Below are positions 50,805 to 63,399 of a DNA stretch of 64,000 bases, piece by piece. Positions within the stretch are counted from its first letter, which is position 1; every line of letters begins with the position of its first letter. The DNA is from Laetmonice hystrix. Lineage: Eukaryota. A program made the translations under genes and the position numbers. The stretch spans positions 37,946,001 to 38,010,000 of the forward strand of contig OZ249436.1 of assembly GCA_965235115.1 (NCBI GenBank), given 5' to 3'. The notes under the pieces are model-generated. The model made no database searches. It saw only the letters and a program-made list of their open reading frames with translations, and was not told the origin of the DNA.

Positions 50805-51354
50805 CATGGTATTGCACACAGATGAGACACCGAGGTATTGCATGTTTATTGCACACAGATGAGACACCGAGGTATTGCATGTTTATTGCACACAGAGGAG
50901 ACATATAATTATGTATGGCATGGTTATTGCACACAGATGAGACAGATGTATTGCATGGTTTTTGCACACAGATGAGACACAGATGTATTGTATGGTATTG
51001 CACACAGATGACACAGAATGATGTATTGCATGGTATTGCACACAGATGAGACATGTATTGCATGGTTTTTGCACACAGATGAGACACAGATGTATTGCAT
51101 GGTATTGCACACAGATGACACAGATGTATTGCATGTTTATTGCACACAGGTGAGACACCGATGTATTGCATGTTTATTGCACACAGAGGAGACATAATAT
51201 GTATTGCATGGTTATTCCACACAGATGAGATACAGATGTATTACATGGTTATTGCACGCAGATATATGGCATGGTTATTGCACAGAGATGAGACACAGAT
51301 GTATTGCATGGTTATTGCACACAGATGAGACACAGAAGTATTGCACACAGATGT
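50805..51354. repeat. Degenerate minisatellite, about 37-bp unit, CAGATG-rich
   Basis: Unit approximates TATTGCACACAGATGAGACACAGATGTATTGCATGGT. Confidence 0.93.
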
Positions 51355-51427
51355 GGGGGTGGAGGGGGTAAATGACTGGGGTAGGGTGCACAGTGCCCCA
51401 GACGTTATCCCCGCTCGTCGTAAGTCC

Positions 51428-51717
51428 CGGCTGTTGCCCTTTCTCTCTGTGAGCCCCTCGTGAACGACGTTCAAGGTTGGCGGGCCGGTTGTTGCCCTTT
51501 CTCTCTGTGAGCCCCTCGTGAACGACGTTCAAGGTTGGCGGGCCGGTTGTTGCCCTTTCTGTGAGCCCCTTGTGAACGACGTTCAAGGTTGGCGGGCCGG
51601 TTGTTGCCCTTTCTCTCTGTGAGCCCCTCGTGAACGACGTTCAAGGTTGGCGGGCCGGTTGTTGCCCTTTCCGTGAGCCCCTCGTGAACGACGTTCAAGG
51701 TTGGCGGGCCGGTTGTT
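51428..51717. repeat. Minisatellite, 54-58-bp unit, about 5 copies
   Basis: Unit GTTGCCCTTTCTCTCTGTGAGCCCCTCGTGAACGACGTTCAAGGTTGGCGGGCCGGTT. Confidence 0.95.
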
Positions 51718-52439
51718 CAAACACCGAGCCGACCCACCAATTAGAGACCTCGTCAATAGATTTATGATGACACCTGGATCTCATTATAGCACTTCATCCA
51801 CAGATGTTTATGACTTCCAACTAGAAAATTCTATCTCTATAAAGCTGAAGTTGAAGTCTATATGAGTGAACACCTTACATCATATGTTCATAAGTTATAC
51901 AGGAACTATGAGCAGTGTTTATTATTGCTGCTCGTTTTTGTATAGACCTATGCGAGGGTCTTCACACAATGTGCCTTAAAGCTTCACAATAATAGAGGTG
52001 TGTTTGTTAAAAGCACACCTTTCAAATTAGTATGTTTCAATAGTTATTATACTACACGGAAGACAGTGTAAACACACCATACCGCGTATATACAACATAC
52101 CAATTGATAGTTTGCCATATCTGCGGAAGTTTTGCAGTCCACTTATAGATTACTTTTGCAGATCTAGAACTCAAAGACTTTTCAAATTTGTTCTAATTTG
52201 TTATAAGCATGCAGTGATGAATATAGGCGCGGGGGGGGGGGGTCTAATTGCCCGTAACCTAACCTCTTCCCTAGCAATAACATGACGACATGGAAATTTC
52301 ATCTATGTTTCAACTTTTGAAAACCTTTGAACATTTGTACACGCTATACTGAAGGGAACTAACATAACCCACCCAACCCAGACACTTCATGACTTGATTT
52401 ATACCTCTGTCTGAGCCAAGGGCCGATTCAGGATTCGGT

Positions 52440-52777
52440 CAATGGAGGTGCACTTCTGGACAAGAACCCCCCCCCCCCCCCAATAGAGGTGCCCTTCTGG
52501 ACAGGATCCCCCCATGGAGGTGCACTTCTGGACAATTATACCCCCCCAATGGAGGTGCATTTCTAGACAATACACCCCCCCCCCCCCAATGAAGGTGCAT
52601 TTCTGGACAAGACCCCCAATGGAGGTGCACTTCTGGACAAGACCCCCCCCCCCCCAATAGAGATGCAGTTCTGGACAAGACCCCCCAAAAGAGGTGCACT
52701 TCTGGACAAGACCCCTCTAAATGGAGGTGCTGTTCTGGACAAGAACACCCCCACCCCCACCTATTATGGTGCACCTT
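52440..52777. repeat. Minisatellite, 30-40-bp unit with variable poly-C, about 9 copies
   Basis: CAATGGAGGTGCACTTCTGGACAAGA(C)n repeated. Confidence 0.9.
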
Positions 52778-53684
52778 TGAGTCCCAGACAAGAAAACCCG
52801 TTAGGGCCTGCGGTCCACTGGATCCGTCAAGAAACATGCGGACTGACTGAGGTGGAGTGAGTTGGTCCGCGGGCCGGGGTCGGGCGGCCGGCCGGCCAGC
52901 CAGCCTGCCTACCCGGTGTCAGGATGGGCCGTGGTCCGGAGTTGGTCCCACTCGGTGACCGCTGGCCGACCGCTGGCCGACTGCTGGCCGACTGCTGCCC
53001 TCAGCCCTACATCAGCCGGGGGCGTACACTCGGCGTGACGGCTCCGACAATGGTGGCACGGCGGATCTGATCAAACATGAAAGGCGACCGTCATCAGCAC
53101 GATCTGACAGATGTTCTTGGTGACAGAGATAAACATGTGAACGATGATGATATCAAAAATCTATCAATCGCTAGTTAACGTCAACCGTGGCAAGAAAGGC
53201 TAGATATAGATAAACCCGCTACACCTTTAATTGACACACCTGTGTATCTATTAGCCGCCCAGATGCTGGTCAGCTTCACCCTATGTTTGCTAATACAGTA
53301 ACATGATCAAAGGAAGGCGGCCAGCACACTGCACCCTTGTGTTCCAGGCGCCTCACTTAGATGACGATACAGGTATAGGTGAGCAGTGGCGGACCGAAAA
53401 ATGTGCGGCACTCGTGGCTGGAGGGCCGAGCGGGGCCAGTATCGGCGGTGAAATTACTACGTGCCGGGTGCTAGGTGTCATCGCGCCGACCACGGCCGTG
53501 CGAGCAGCCCCTCCCAGACCGCTACCAACTGCTCATTTTCTATGTGGATGCGCCCGCTTAGAGCGACGCCGAATTAAAGGAGCTCTATGGCCATCGATCA
53601 CGGTGGTATATACGGGGGCAATATTACATCTGACACGGTGACCTGGCCAATCACTGACCGGAGTGGATCCCAGGGACGGCCGGG

Positions 53685-54800
53685 GGGGGGGGGCAGTGTG
53701 TACATAGGAGGAGGGTCCATGGGGACGGCCAGCAGACACCCTTATATACAGGTATAGATGATGGTATACCTTCCAACCAGACCCCCATCACCATCCTGTA
53801 CACATTTACTGTCACATTGACGGAGGGGGCGGGGGGTGGAGGCAGTGTGTAGGAGGGTCCATGGGGACGGCTAGCAGAGACCCTCATATACAGGTATAGA
53901 TGATGGTATACCTTCCAACCAGACCCCCACCACCATCCTGTATACAGCGTGTAGGAGGGTCCATGGGGACGGCCAGCAGACACCCTCATATACAGGTATA
54001 GATGATGGTATACCTTCCAACCAGACCCCCACCACCATCCTGTATACATCGACTGTCACATGGACGGAGGGGGCGGGGGTGGAGTCAGTGTGTAGGAGGG
54101 TCCATGGGGACGGCCAGCAGAGACCCTCATATACAGGTATAGATGATGGTATACCTTCCAACCAGACCCCCACCACCATCCTGTATACATTGACTGTCAC
54201 ATGGACGGAGGGGGCGGGGGTGGAGTCAGTGTGTAGGAGGGTCCATGGGGACGGCCAGCAGAGACCCTCATATACAGGTATAGATGATGGTATACCTTCC
54301 AACCAGACCCCCACCACCATCCTGTATACATCGACTGTCACATGGACGGAGGGGGCGGGGGTGGAGGCAGTGTGTAGGAGGGTCCATGGGGACGGCCAGC
54401 AGACACCCTCATATACAGGTATAGATGATGGTATACCTTCCAACCAGACCCCCACCACCATCCTGTATACATTGACTGTCACATGGACGGAGGGGGCGGG
54501 GGTGGAGGCAGTGTGTAGGAGGGTCCATGGGGACGGCCAGCAGAGACCCTCATATACAGGTATAGATGATAGTATACCTTCCAACCAGACCCCCACCACC
54601 ATCCTGTATACATTGACTGTCACATGGACGGAGGGGGCGGGGGTGGAGGCAGTGTGTAGGAGGGTCCATGGGGACGGCCAGCAGACACCCTCATATACAG
54701 GTATAGATGATGGTATACCTTCCAACCAGACCCCCACCACCATCCTGTATACATCGACTGTCACATGGACGGAGGGGGGAGGTGGAGGCAGTGTGTAGGA
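53685..54800. repeat. Tandem repeat, 141-bp unit, about 8 copies
   Basis: 47-aa periodicity in the ORF track; unit begins GGCAGTGTGTAGGAGGGTCCATGGGGACGGCCAGC. Confidence 0.96.
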
Positions 54801-55139
54801 CCTCACCTCGGTATACACGAGCCCCGGCCCGAACCTCCGACCTTACCTCGGTATGTACACGAGTCCCCAGTGGCCCGAACCTCCCACTTCACCTCGGTAT
54901 ACACGAGCCCCCAGTGGCCCGAACCTCCCACCTCACCTCGGTATACACGAGCCCCCAGTGGCCCGAACCTCCCACTTCACCTCGGTATACACGAGCCCCC
55001 AGCAGTGGCCCGAACCTCCCACCTCACCTCGGTATACACGAGCCCCCAGTGACCCGAACCTCCCACCTCACCTCGGTATACACGAGCCCCGGCCCGAACC
55101 TCCCACCTCACCTCGGTATACACGAGCCCCGGCCCGAAC
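54800..55139. repeat. Minisatellite, 39-47-bp unit, about 8 copies, abutting the 141-bp array
   Basis: Unit CACCTCGGTATACACGAGCCCCCAGTGGCCCGAACCTCCCACCT. Confidence 0.94.
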
Positions 55140-55984
55140 ACTGACATCCATTGAGAAGTTGACACGGCTCGGCTGATATCGCACATTTCACACACTCTAT
55201 CCGGCCGACTCTAACCTCTACAGACTGCTCCGTCAACTGATCTTACTGCCGACTAATTTAACAAGCCACTCTGATATTGTAACAGCACAATAAATTGTAT
55301 TGTACGCCATTGAAGATCAAAGGCCGTAATTGGTTGGGCGATTTTCTACTGTTCACCAGTTCTGTTTCAGGTTACCTGGACAGCGTCAAGTTAGTGTATA
55401 CTGTTCATCTACTGCGCATTTATTGACGCACACATGCCGTTTTAAAAGGACAACGACGTCGGAATGATTCTGATCCCGACATTTGTTCATCGGATCGCAC
55501 TACGTCAGTATCGATCTTTATCATGATTTTGAACGGAATTAATGTGCAATAAAAATATCAATAATCATTGTATCATCTTTCGTAGGCTACATGGTTGTCT
55601 CTTGTTTTCTTCTTTTTTGACTATAATTGAAAGACTCAGAAGTATGCATTCATATTATTCCTAAACGGTATTCTGTCGTCCAAATTAATGACTGTGTACA
55701 TTAAAATTGTACATTTAATTCATATTTTGGGCTATTGTGTCTTCAGTACATTGTAAATAGAGCAATTATATAAAACATCCTATTCTAGGGACATGGAAAG
55801 AAAAGATGAATACATTACATTCTTACATTCAAGTCGTCATGGTTGGCTGGATGCGCCTCTCCTATATTCTATAAGATACAGCGTAGCCAAAGGTATATAC
55901 AGTGTACAGACCTACGGCAGACAATCGTGTTTGTTTAGTGAATCTATTTGACCTGAAAGTCTGAGAGACAAGAGGTTTACCGTT

Positions 55985-57825
55985 ACCTCACTCGGTCCGG
56001 CTGGACTGACCGCACCATGCACACAATATAACATGGGCATGTCTCAGGATATAGACATGTATAAAACCTCACTCGGTCCGGCTGGACTGACTGCACCATG
56101 CACACAATATAACATGGGCATGTCTCAGGATACATGTATAAAACCTCACTCGGTCCGGCTGGACTGACCGCACCATGCACACAATATAACATGGGCATGT
56201 CTCAGGATAGACATTTATAAAACCTCACTCGATCCGGCTGGGCCGACCGCACCATGCACACAATATAACATGGGCATGTCTTAGGATAGACATACATGTA
56301 TATAAAACCTCACTCGGTCCGGCTGGACTGACCGCACCACGCACACAATATAACATGGGCATGTCTCAGGATATAGACATGTATAAAACCTCACTCGGTC
56401 CGGCTGGACTGACTGCACCATGCACACAATATAACATGGGCATGTCTCAGGATAGACATTTATAAAACCTCACTCGATCCGGCTGGACCGACCGCACCAT
56501 GCACACAATATAACATGGGCATGTCTTAGGATAGACATACATGTATATAAAACCTCACTCGGTCCGGCTGGACTGACTGCACCACGCACACAATATAACA
56601 TGGGCATGTCTCAGGACAGACATATGTAAAACCTCACTCGGTCAGACTGGACTGACCGCATCATGCACACAATATAACATGGGCATGTCTCAGGATAGAC
56701 ATTTATAAAACCTCACTCGATCCGGCTGGACCCACCGCACCATGCACACAATATAACATGGGCATGTCTTAGGATAGACATACATGTATATAAAATCTCA
56801 CTCGGTCCGGCTGGACTGACTGCACCACGCACACAATAACATGGGCATGTCACAGGATATACATAGTTATAAAAATCTCACTCGGTCCGGCTGGACTGAC
56901 CGCACCACGCACACAATATAACATGGCCATGTCTCAGGACAGACATATGTAAAACCTCACTCGATCAGGCTGGACTGACCGCACCATGCACACAATATAA
57001 CATGGGCATGTCTCAGGACAGACATATGTAAAACCTCACTCGGTCAGGCTGGACTGACCGCACCATGGACACAATATAACATGGGCATATCTCAGGATAT
57101 AGAGATGTATAAAACCTCACTCGGTCAGGCTGGACTGACCGCATCATGCACACAATATAACATGGGCATGTCTCAGGACAGACATATGTAAAACCTCACT
57201 CGGTCAGGCTGCACTGACCGCACCATGGACACAATATAAAATGGGCATATCTCAGGATATAGAGATGTATAAAACCTCACTCGGTCAGGCTGGACTGACC
57301 GCATCATGCACACAATATAACATGGGCATGTCTCAGGACAGACATATGTAAAACCTCACTCGGTCAGGCTGGACTGACCGCACCATGGACACAATATAAC
57401 ATGGGCATATCTCAGGATATAGAGATGTATAAAACCTCACTCGGTCAGGCTGGACTGACCGCACCATGCACACAATATAACATGGGCATGTCTCAGGACA
57501 GACATATGTAAAACCTCACTCGGTCAGGCTGGACTGACCGCACCATACACACAATATAACATGGGCATGTCTCAGGATATAGAGATGTATAAAACCTCAC
57601 TCGGTCCGGCTGGACCGCCTGCACCATACACACAATATAACATGGGCATGTCTCAGGATAGACATGTATAAAACCTCACTCGGTCTGGCTGGACTGACCG
57701 CACCATGCACACAATATAACACGGGCATGTCTCAGGATAGACATACACAAACCCGCATTCGGTCCGGCTGGACTGACTGGACCATGAATAGAATATAAGA
57801 TGCATGGGCATGTCTCAGGATAGAC
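55985..57825. repeat. Minisatellite, about 80-bp unit, about 23 copies, with higher-order structure
   Basis: Unit ACCTCACTCGGTCCGGCTGGACTGACCGCACCATGCACACAATATAACATGGGCATGTCTCAGGATATAGACATGTATAAA. Confidence 0.96.
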
Positions 57826-60369
57826 CAATAATAAAACCTGGATTGGACATTCGCTATATACCGGCCTCATTTATAGAGTCTATGTACAATTCTAATTACA
57901 ATACTCTTTAAAAAGTGTAAATTCGGGGGATCTAACCCCCGGACTGGGAGCTCCTATAGCTTTGATAAACATGAGAGGGATGTATACGGATATTTTGCCG
58001 GACATACAAATTTTCCCACGTCCTGCTTCCAAATGATGGATCTGTACAATGCCTGTATGAGGCACGGCACGGCTCCCCTCTCATCACAGAGACCAACTAA
58101 CTCACCGCTAATCTTGTATGCACAAACGGACCATGTCAACGATACGTGACGACAGAGGGCTTGACCAAACCTACAATCGTCACTGGTCAGTAGGGGGCAC
58201 TTCCGCCACGCAAAACGTTTTCAGGTGCATATATAGCTATATAGGTTTGACTTATTTTCTAGTCGTTATGTGCATGGGAAAACGCCATCGTAAGCATTTT
58301 CAAATTAAATATGATTTTTCCCCTATAATGATATGATGCTATCAAATCATTTATAAATTAAAACGACGTTTATACAAGTAAAAGTAAAAAGAAGATTTTT
58401 TCACCATTACACCTTTTGGTTAATTAAACCTGCTTCATGATCACAACATGCCCAATAACAGAAAGATTATTCTGAGTAAATGCATTACAGCTTCTTTCAT
58501 AATCTGGGTTATACGGAGCCTAGGCCTATTTCTTGTATAATACTTTGGTATAGCGGATCTATCGTCAGGCCAGCCTCCCCAGGGCAGCAGACAAACAACA
58601 ATCCCTCCGGTTACATATCCACTTCCTTGTGAAGGCCACAAAGGAGTCCTTATAGTCGGAAGAATGCATTCTGAATGACAAACGCCATCTGAAACATTAC
58701 ATTCCACGGCTGAAACAACCTTGGCAAAGATTGCCACCAACTCCGAGATAACAATGGCTGCAATGTTCTCGAGGGCGCTGCTGGATCCCTCAAGACCGAT
58801 GACTTTTTCGTGGCCTCCACAAACTTATCGTGACAGGCCGAGTTATTGGTGACCGTCGGTAAACGCACCATTTAGACAAGTTGCGACACCGTGCGTCTCG
58901 GGTGTTTGCTCCGTCACAGTTGCGCACGCACATTGTTGTTCGTCCTTTTGCAGCCCCGGGTCGAAGGTCACGCTCGGCTGCCATTCGTCGCTACAATCAT
59001 GTCCGTTTGCGCAGGTCATGTACGCAGAAACAAGCAGTGTCACTTGGCTGAAGTCTCACCGTGATAACAAATGCATGTTGTACATGAGCTTTAAGGTCAG
59101 ATAGTCACGAAAAGAAGTTAACTGATAACAATAGAAGCGCTAGCATGGGCATATGACACGCATGTATAGCCTGCATCAATTAACGTTAATTCAGAGTAAA
59201 TGTTTGATACGAAGGGTGTCCGTAAAGTATAAGGGCGTCTAAAGATAGACTATAGGCGCATTAAGCTATCTATATAACATTCAATGTTATGTTTGCAAAC
59301 GGGACATAACTGCATGTTTTTACAGTATCATTAGTATTGAATCAATTATAGTATACAGTATATCTCTCTGAACTGGGATCTTCATGGGTTTTTTTCTATT
59401 TCTCTACGATAATTATTAAAACGTTTATGAAACCTTATGATCGATGTATCTGCCATAGGTCCTATAGGCCTACATTCCAAACACACGAAGGTTTTATGCC
59501 CTGCTTTCACGCCCTATACAGATGGAGCGTCTTGCAGCAACTGAACCATTGGAATACACGGCAGCGCCAATTGACACAGGAAGTCGGTCGGTGTATCAGT
59601 TTTATATCCGGAATAAATAAGACAATTAATAGCGGGAATTGAGTTTGAAACTGACAGTAAGTCATATAGCACCGGCGCGCCTACATCAAAATCAACGTGT
59701 CCAGCACAATGACAAATACACTCACAAAAGAACCCCAGCTCGGGACACAATAAGCAAAAAGCGATTGGAAACAATTCACGTAAACTTCCGTCCTCGACAG
59801 TTCCTTGGAAGTATCGCCGACTGTATCGAAACGCTACCTTTCCCATTACGTTTCGACGGATAGCCGAGCTGGTTGTTAAACATAATTTTAGGATGCTTAT
59901 TTATGCTCAATAGACTCGGCTATTTACCATCAATTGGACAACCGTGTTTTTTTGTTCTTGATTTAATTCCCGTCAGTGGGCCCCGGGGCGTGGTTGTGGT
60001 CCGGACGACAATGCCGTGGCCCGGCGAGCAGACAATAGGACGTGGGCGATAATAAGGAATTGTTACTGCCGAGCATGACGGCCCCGGCGGGTTGTCAGCA
60101 CTCTCTCGGGGATAAATGACCAACAAATTTTCATCGGATTCCGAGGTAATTGTCGGAGTACAGCAACGCGCCACTTAAGAGGCGGTAGGGCCCCGTCCGG
60201 GACGCGCATCTCGGCCCGAGAACCGGTGGTTTGGAGTTCTCGTGGGTCACTGCAGAAACGGGACTAAGGTGGCGCGCCCTGGTGGTGGAGGTGAGGGGGG
60301 TGTAATATCGAGGAGACTGGATAGGTCGGCGGACCTCACTCTGCTATGACGCCCTAAAGATGTAGGCCT

Positions 60370-60517
60370 CAGGGGTGGATCCAACTTTTGCGACTGAAAA
60401 AAACCCTTCTAAATTATAATGTTTGAACCACCTTAAGTTAAAATGTGTGTATCCTCAAAATTTTAGGGGGGTTCGAACCCCCTGAACCCTCCCCCCCCCC
60501 GCCCGGATCCGCCAGTG
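60370..60517. mobile_element. hAT-type MITE (about 148 bp)
   Basis: Imperfect TIRs CAGGGGTGGATCC ... GGATCCGCCAGTG, same terminal style as 31753-31860; no clean TSD. Confidence 0.6.
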
Positions 60518-60570
60518 GGCCTACAGGGTAACAGAATTCAAGAAATCAAAATCCAATATCCACCACCACC

Positions 60571-60573
<3 letters not shown>

Positions 60574-60627
<54 letters not shown>
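60574..60627. repeat. (CT)n microsatellite
   Basis: Direct reading. Confidence 0.97.
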
Positions 60628-60629
<2 letters not shown>

Positions 60630-61119
60630 TTATCTCTCTATCTCCCCAAACAGGTCTAGGCCCTACTTATTTTTGAAGACCTAGTATGAAAAAAATTCAT
60701 GCCAATCACGTAAATAATAGCCAACTTGGAGATGCCGTAATGGTGGGTGCCAGATTAACACCCGGCGATTTACCTGCCCTTCAGCCGGTATCGATAGTGT
60801 GACAGACGGATTAGGTATATATTAGGCCTAGCGTCCCGTCCCTACCCGTCAAACTGGGGCTAATTACGGCCAGAGGTTGATGTCGGCCGAAATCAGCGTG
60901 GACAGTTTCCGTGTTGTGTGTCTAGGGGCGGCCAAGGTCGCGGAACGGGAGACAATGACTGTATACAGAGTGTCTGACGCGGGGGAGCTCACGGAAAGAT
61001 AGCATCGCCATTGAGAATGGCACTTCCGACGTACCTGTATATGGGGGGAACACTGCATTACCAGGCCCTGTGCCGTATATCGTTGGTTATGGTGTTTGGG
61101 CCAAATTTGAAGGGCTATG

Positions 61120-62275
61120 CAGACAGCGGACCGTGCTCGAGGTGAGTTGTGTGGTGGATGGCCCTAACATGAAGAACGGCCCTCACAGACAGTGGGTGAA
61201 TGGTGTGGTGGATGGCCCAAACGTGAACGACCCTCACAGACAGAGGACCTTGATCAGGGTGAATGGTGTGCTAGATGGCCCAAACGTGAACGGCCCTCAC
61301 AGACCGCGGCCACTGCTCGGGGTGAATGGTGTGTGGATGGCCCAAACGTGAACGACCCTCACAGACAGAGGACCTTGCTCGGGGTGAATGGTGTGGCGGA
61401 TGGCCCAAACGTGAACGGCCCTCACAGACAGAGGACCCTGCTCGGGGTGAATGGTGTGGCGGATGGCCCAAACGTGAACGACCCTCACAGACAGAGGACC
61501 CTGCTCGGGGTGAATGGTGTGGCGGATGGCCCAAACGTGAACGACCCTCACAGACAGAGGACCCTGCTCGGGGTGAATAGTGTGGTTGATGGCCCAAACG
61601 TGAACGGCCCTCACAGAGAGAGGACCTTGCTCGAGGTTAATGGTGTGGTGGATGGCCCAAACGTGAACGACCCTCACAGACAGTGGGTGAATGGTGTGGT
61701 GGATGGCCCAAAACGTGAACGGCCCTCACAGACAGTGGGTGAATGGTGTGGCGGATGGCCCAAACGTGAACGACCCTCACAGACAGAGGACCCTGCTCGG
61801 GGTGAATAGTGTGGTTGATGGCCCAAACGTGAACGGCCCTCACAGAGAGAGGACCTTGCTCGAGGTTAATGGTGTGGTGGATGGCCCAAACGTGAACGAC
61901 CCTCACAGACAGTGGGTGAATGGTGTGGTGGATGGCCCAAAACGTGAACGGCCCTCACAGACAGTGGGTGAATGGTGTGGCGGATGGCCCAAACGTGAAC
62001 GACCCTCACAGACAGAGGACCTTGCTCGGGGTAAATGGTGTGGTGGATGGCCCAAACGTGAACGGCCCTCACAGACAGAGGACCCTGCTCGCGGTGAATG
62101 GTGTGGTGGATGGCCCAAACTTGAACGACCCTCATAGACAGAGGACCTTGCTCGGGGTGGATGTTGTGGTGGATGGCCCAGAAACGTGAATCATCCTCAC
62201 AGACAGAGGACCCTGCTCGGGGTGAATGGTGTGGTGGATGGCCCAGAACGGTCCTCGCAGACAGAGGACTTTTCT
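61120..62275. repeat. Minisatellite, 63-bp and about 51-bp units, about 19 copies
   Basis: Unit GGGTGAATGGTGTGGCGGATGGCCCAAACGTGAACGACCCTCACAGACAGAGGACCCTGCTCG. Confidence 0.95.
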
Positions 62276-62857
62276 CGAGCGTTTGAGATTGAGAACAGTG
62301 ATCCAGCGCCACCTGCCGTGCCTTGCGTGTCAGAACACGTGCGTGCGTTTGTCCGTGTGGTCACACGTGGTTTGCACGACACCTAGAGTCAATAACACGT
62401 CTATCAAATAAATATTCATTAAAGAGTCTCTGAGAAGTCGTTAGAAGTTCTTTTGTCTTTGTAAATAGAAAAGGACTGAAAATTTTCAAACATTATAACA
62501 GTCTTCACAAAATATTCAGTTTTATTGATCCCTTTGATCTCTACTGCTCATATTTCATATTAATATCTTTTATATTGAAAATTGAATCCAGCTCAGTCAC
62601 TGCACAGTCGGGCTGTCGGCCGGCACAGGTTGACCGATGGACGCGGCGGCAGGGTCTCAGCCCGGGACCCCGGGTCCCCGGGTCCCATGCAGGCCGGGAG
62701 GCGGACAGTCGGCCAGGCCAGGTTGACCCATGGACACGACGGCAGGGCCCCAGCCCGGGATCCCGAATCTCCGGGGCCCCAGGCCGGGAGGCCGACTGTC
62801 GGTGGGGACAGGTTGACCCATGGACCCACGGTCTCGGGTCGGGAGGCGGTCACCCCC

Positions 62858-63027
62858 GGGCCCGGTTTCAGAAAGGTTAGCATGATATAACTTAAGCTCT
62901 GCTTAGCCTTTTAGGACCCCTGATTGGCTGGTCCTCTGCTGCTCAGCTTCAACCAGCCAATCAGAGGTCCTAAAAAGATAAGCAGAGCTTAAGTTAAGAT
63001 CATGCTAACCTTTCTGAAACCGGGCCC
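62858..63027. mobile_element. Palindromic MITE (170 bp), PIF/Harbinger-like termini
   Basis: Near-perfect arms of about 75 bp: GGGCCCGGTTTCAGAAAGGTTAGCATGAT... / ...ATCATGCTAACCTTTCTGAAACCGGGCCC. Confidence 0.85.
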
Positions 63028-63064
63028 AGGTCACCAGGCCGGGAGGCGGACAGCCGGCCGGGCC

Positions 63065-63399
63065 GCGTAATTTTTTTTCCCACATTAGTTCCGGACCCCA
63101 TTCTAGCTTCAGCCAATCAGTGAACGCCAGACTCTATCGCTCGCGATATGGGACCGAACAGTGTCAGTGAATGTTTCTTATTGACATTATCTACTGCTCA
63201 TCAATTAGTGCCTATTTAACAATAATTTTGGGCTATGAAAACTAACACTAACCCTAGGCCTAACCTTTACCCTAACCCAAACACACTGTCTCGCATCTCG
63301 CATGTCGTCGCCGGTATTCCATAGCCATATGTGTGCCTGTTTCTGATTGGCTGTATGATAATGGAGGGTCCAGAACTAATGTGGGAAAAAAAATTGCGC
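63065..63399. mobile_element. MITE with about 34-bp TIRs and perfect 9-bp TSD (Mutator-like)
   Basis: TIRs GCGTAATTTTTTTTCCCACATTAGTTCCGGACCC / GGGTCCAGAACTAATGTGGGAAAAAAAATTGCGC; TSD GGCCGGGCC at 63056-63064 and 63400-63408. Confidence 0.9.

Noticed and set aside
53871..54818. 315-aa and 239-aa ORFs on opposite strands
   Set aside because: Translations of the 141-bp tandem repeat, open on both strands, with no recognisable domain.
58441..59043. Short ORFs with hydrophobic or Cys-rich stretches, possible exon or pseudogene
   Set aside because: No recognisable family motif or consistent frame; would need a homology search.
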